From Candidatus Spongiisociaceae bacterium (GTDB taxonomy: Bacteria; Actinomycetota; Acidimicrobiia; Spongiisociales; Spongiisociaceae), in contig OZ253564.1 of the NCBI GenBank assembly GCA_965262915.1, positions 2,336,001 to 2,400,000 on the forward strand: DNA of 64,000 nucleotides, written 5' to 3'. Under the pieces are notes generated by a model. That model saw nothing but the letters and a program-made list of their open reading frames with translations. It did no database searches and was not told the DNA's origin. Shown here one piece after another: positions 63,552 through 64,000 of the stretch (the stretch's first letter is position 1; the number at the start of each line of letters is the position of its first letter). A program made the translations under genes and the position numbers.

Positions 63552-64000
63552 GTGCCCTCCGTAGCTTTGCCCGGCTCGACGGTATCGCCGCTGTATCGAA
63601 TGTCGCCGTATCGGTAGAAGGATCGCACCTCCTGGACCTCCAGCCGCCGCCACTCCCCCGCTCTGAGCACCGGGTCGCGTAAGGGACCGATCGAGGTGCG
63701 GTGGAGTCGCACGACCGGAAAGCCCGCCGCCCTGCAGAGCCGCCGGACCTCCCGGTTCCGTCCCTCCCCCATCGAGATCTCCAGGTGGGTGCGGTGCCCG
63801 GCCGACCCGATCCTACGCACCGATACCGGCCTGGCCGGACCGTCCTCCAGATGGACACCCCGCCGTATCGACGCCAGGTCCCGCCTGGTCGCTACACCGT
63901 CGACCAGCACCTCGTAGGTCTTGACGACGCCGAAACGCGGATGGGTGACCACGTTGGCGAAGTTACCGTCGTTGGTCAGCAGCAGGAGACCGGTCGTGTC
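63548..64000 (-). CDS. rRNA pseudouridine synthase (RluB/RsuA family), 5' end outside the window
   Basis: DTTGLLLLTNDG, THPR..V.K.Y.V, EGRNREVRR, LHRT.IG.L. Confidence 0.92.
   Translation of the reverse strand, partial: DTTGLLLLTNDGNFANVVTHPRFGVVKTYEVLVDGVATRRDLASIRRGVHLEDGPARPVSVRRIGSAGHRTHLEISMGEGRNREVRRLCRAAGFPVVRLHRTSIGPLRDPVLRAGEWRRLEVQEVRSFYRYGDIRYSGDTVEPGKATEGT

Noticed and set aside
61612-63858. Apparent long fusions in the ORF track (748-aa cmk, 681-aa OppF, 522-aa PimA, 416-aa ORF at 37677)
   Set aside because: The N-terminal parts are off-frame reads of upstream genes; the real starts are at stop/start overlaps.

Overview
High-GC actinobacterial chromosome segment. PIM synthesis genes, mshD, the garA cluster and SLH-anchored proteins point to Acidimicrobiia. 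The cadherin/FN3/spondin/LRR surface proteins suggest a host-associated, possibly sponge-symbiont lineage (inference). 1-13 kb is a decaying accessory region: nested and truncated IS30, IS3, IS110 and IS481 elements, an intact ISL3, and three large surface-protein genes, all disrupted. 13-27 kb holds redox and metabolic genes (FMN reductase, nitroreductase, GNAT, GcvT/DMGDH-like, AIM24, acyl-CoA synthetase, msrB, MoCo oxidoreductase, TolB-like propeller). It also holds an AT-richer three-gene island (TIGR04255-like, unknown, ART-like) that is the best candidate for an undescribed toxin/defence system; it is partly pseudogenised here. 27-64 kb is mostly core genome: yebC, pdxT/S, pimA-patA-pgsA, EF-G-like, gltA, thrS, mshD, garA/MerR/BFN cluster, hpt, DD-carboxypeptidase, an Opp/Dpp ABC transporter with extra membrane helices, tRNA-Pro(GGG), der, ispH, cmk, aroA and rluB. 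No CRISPR array, integrase or reverse transcriptase was seen. Family calls come from motif recognition, not database searches.
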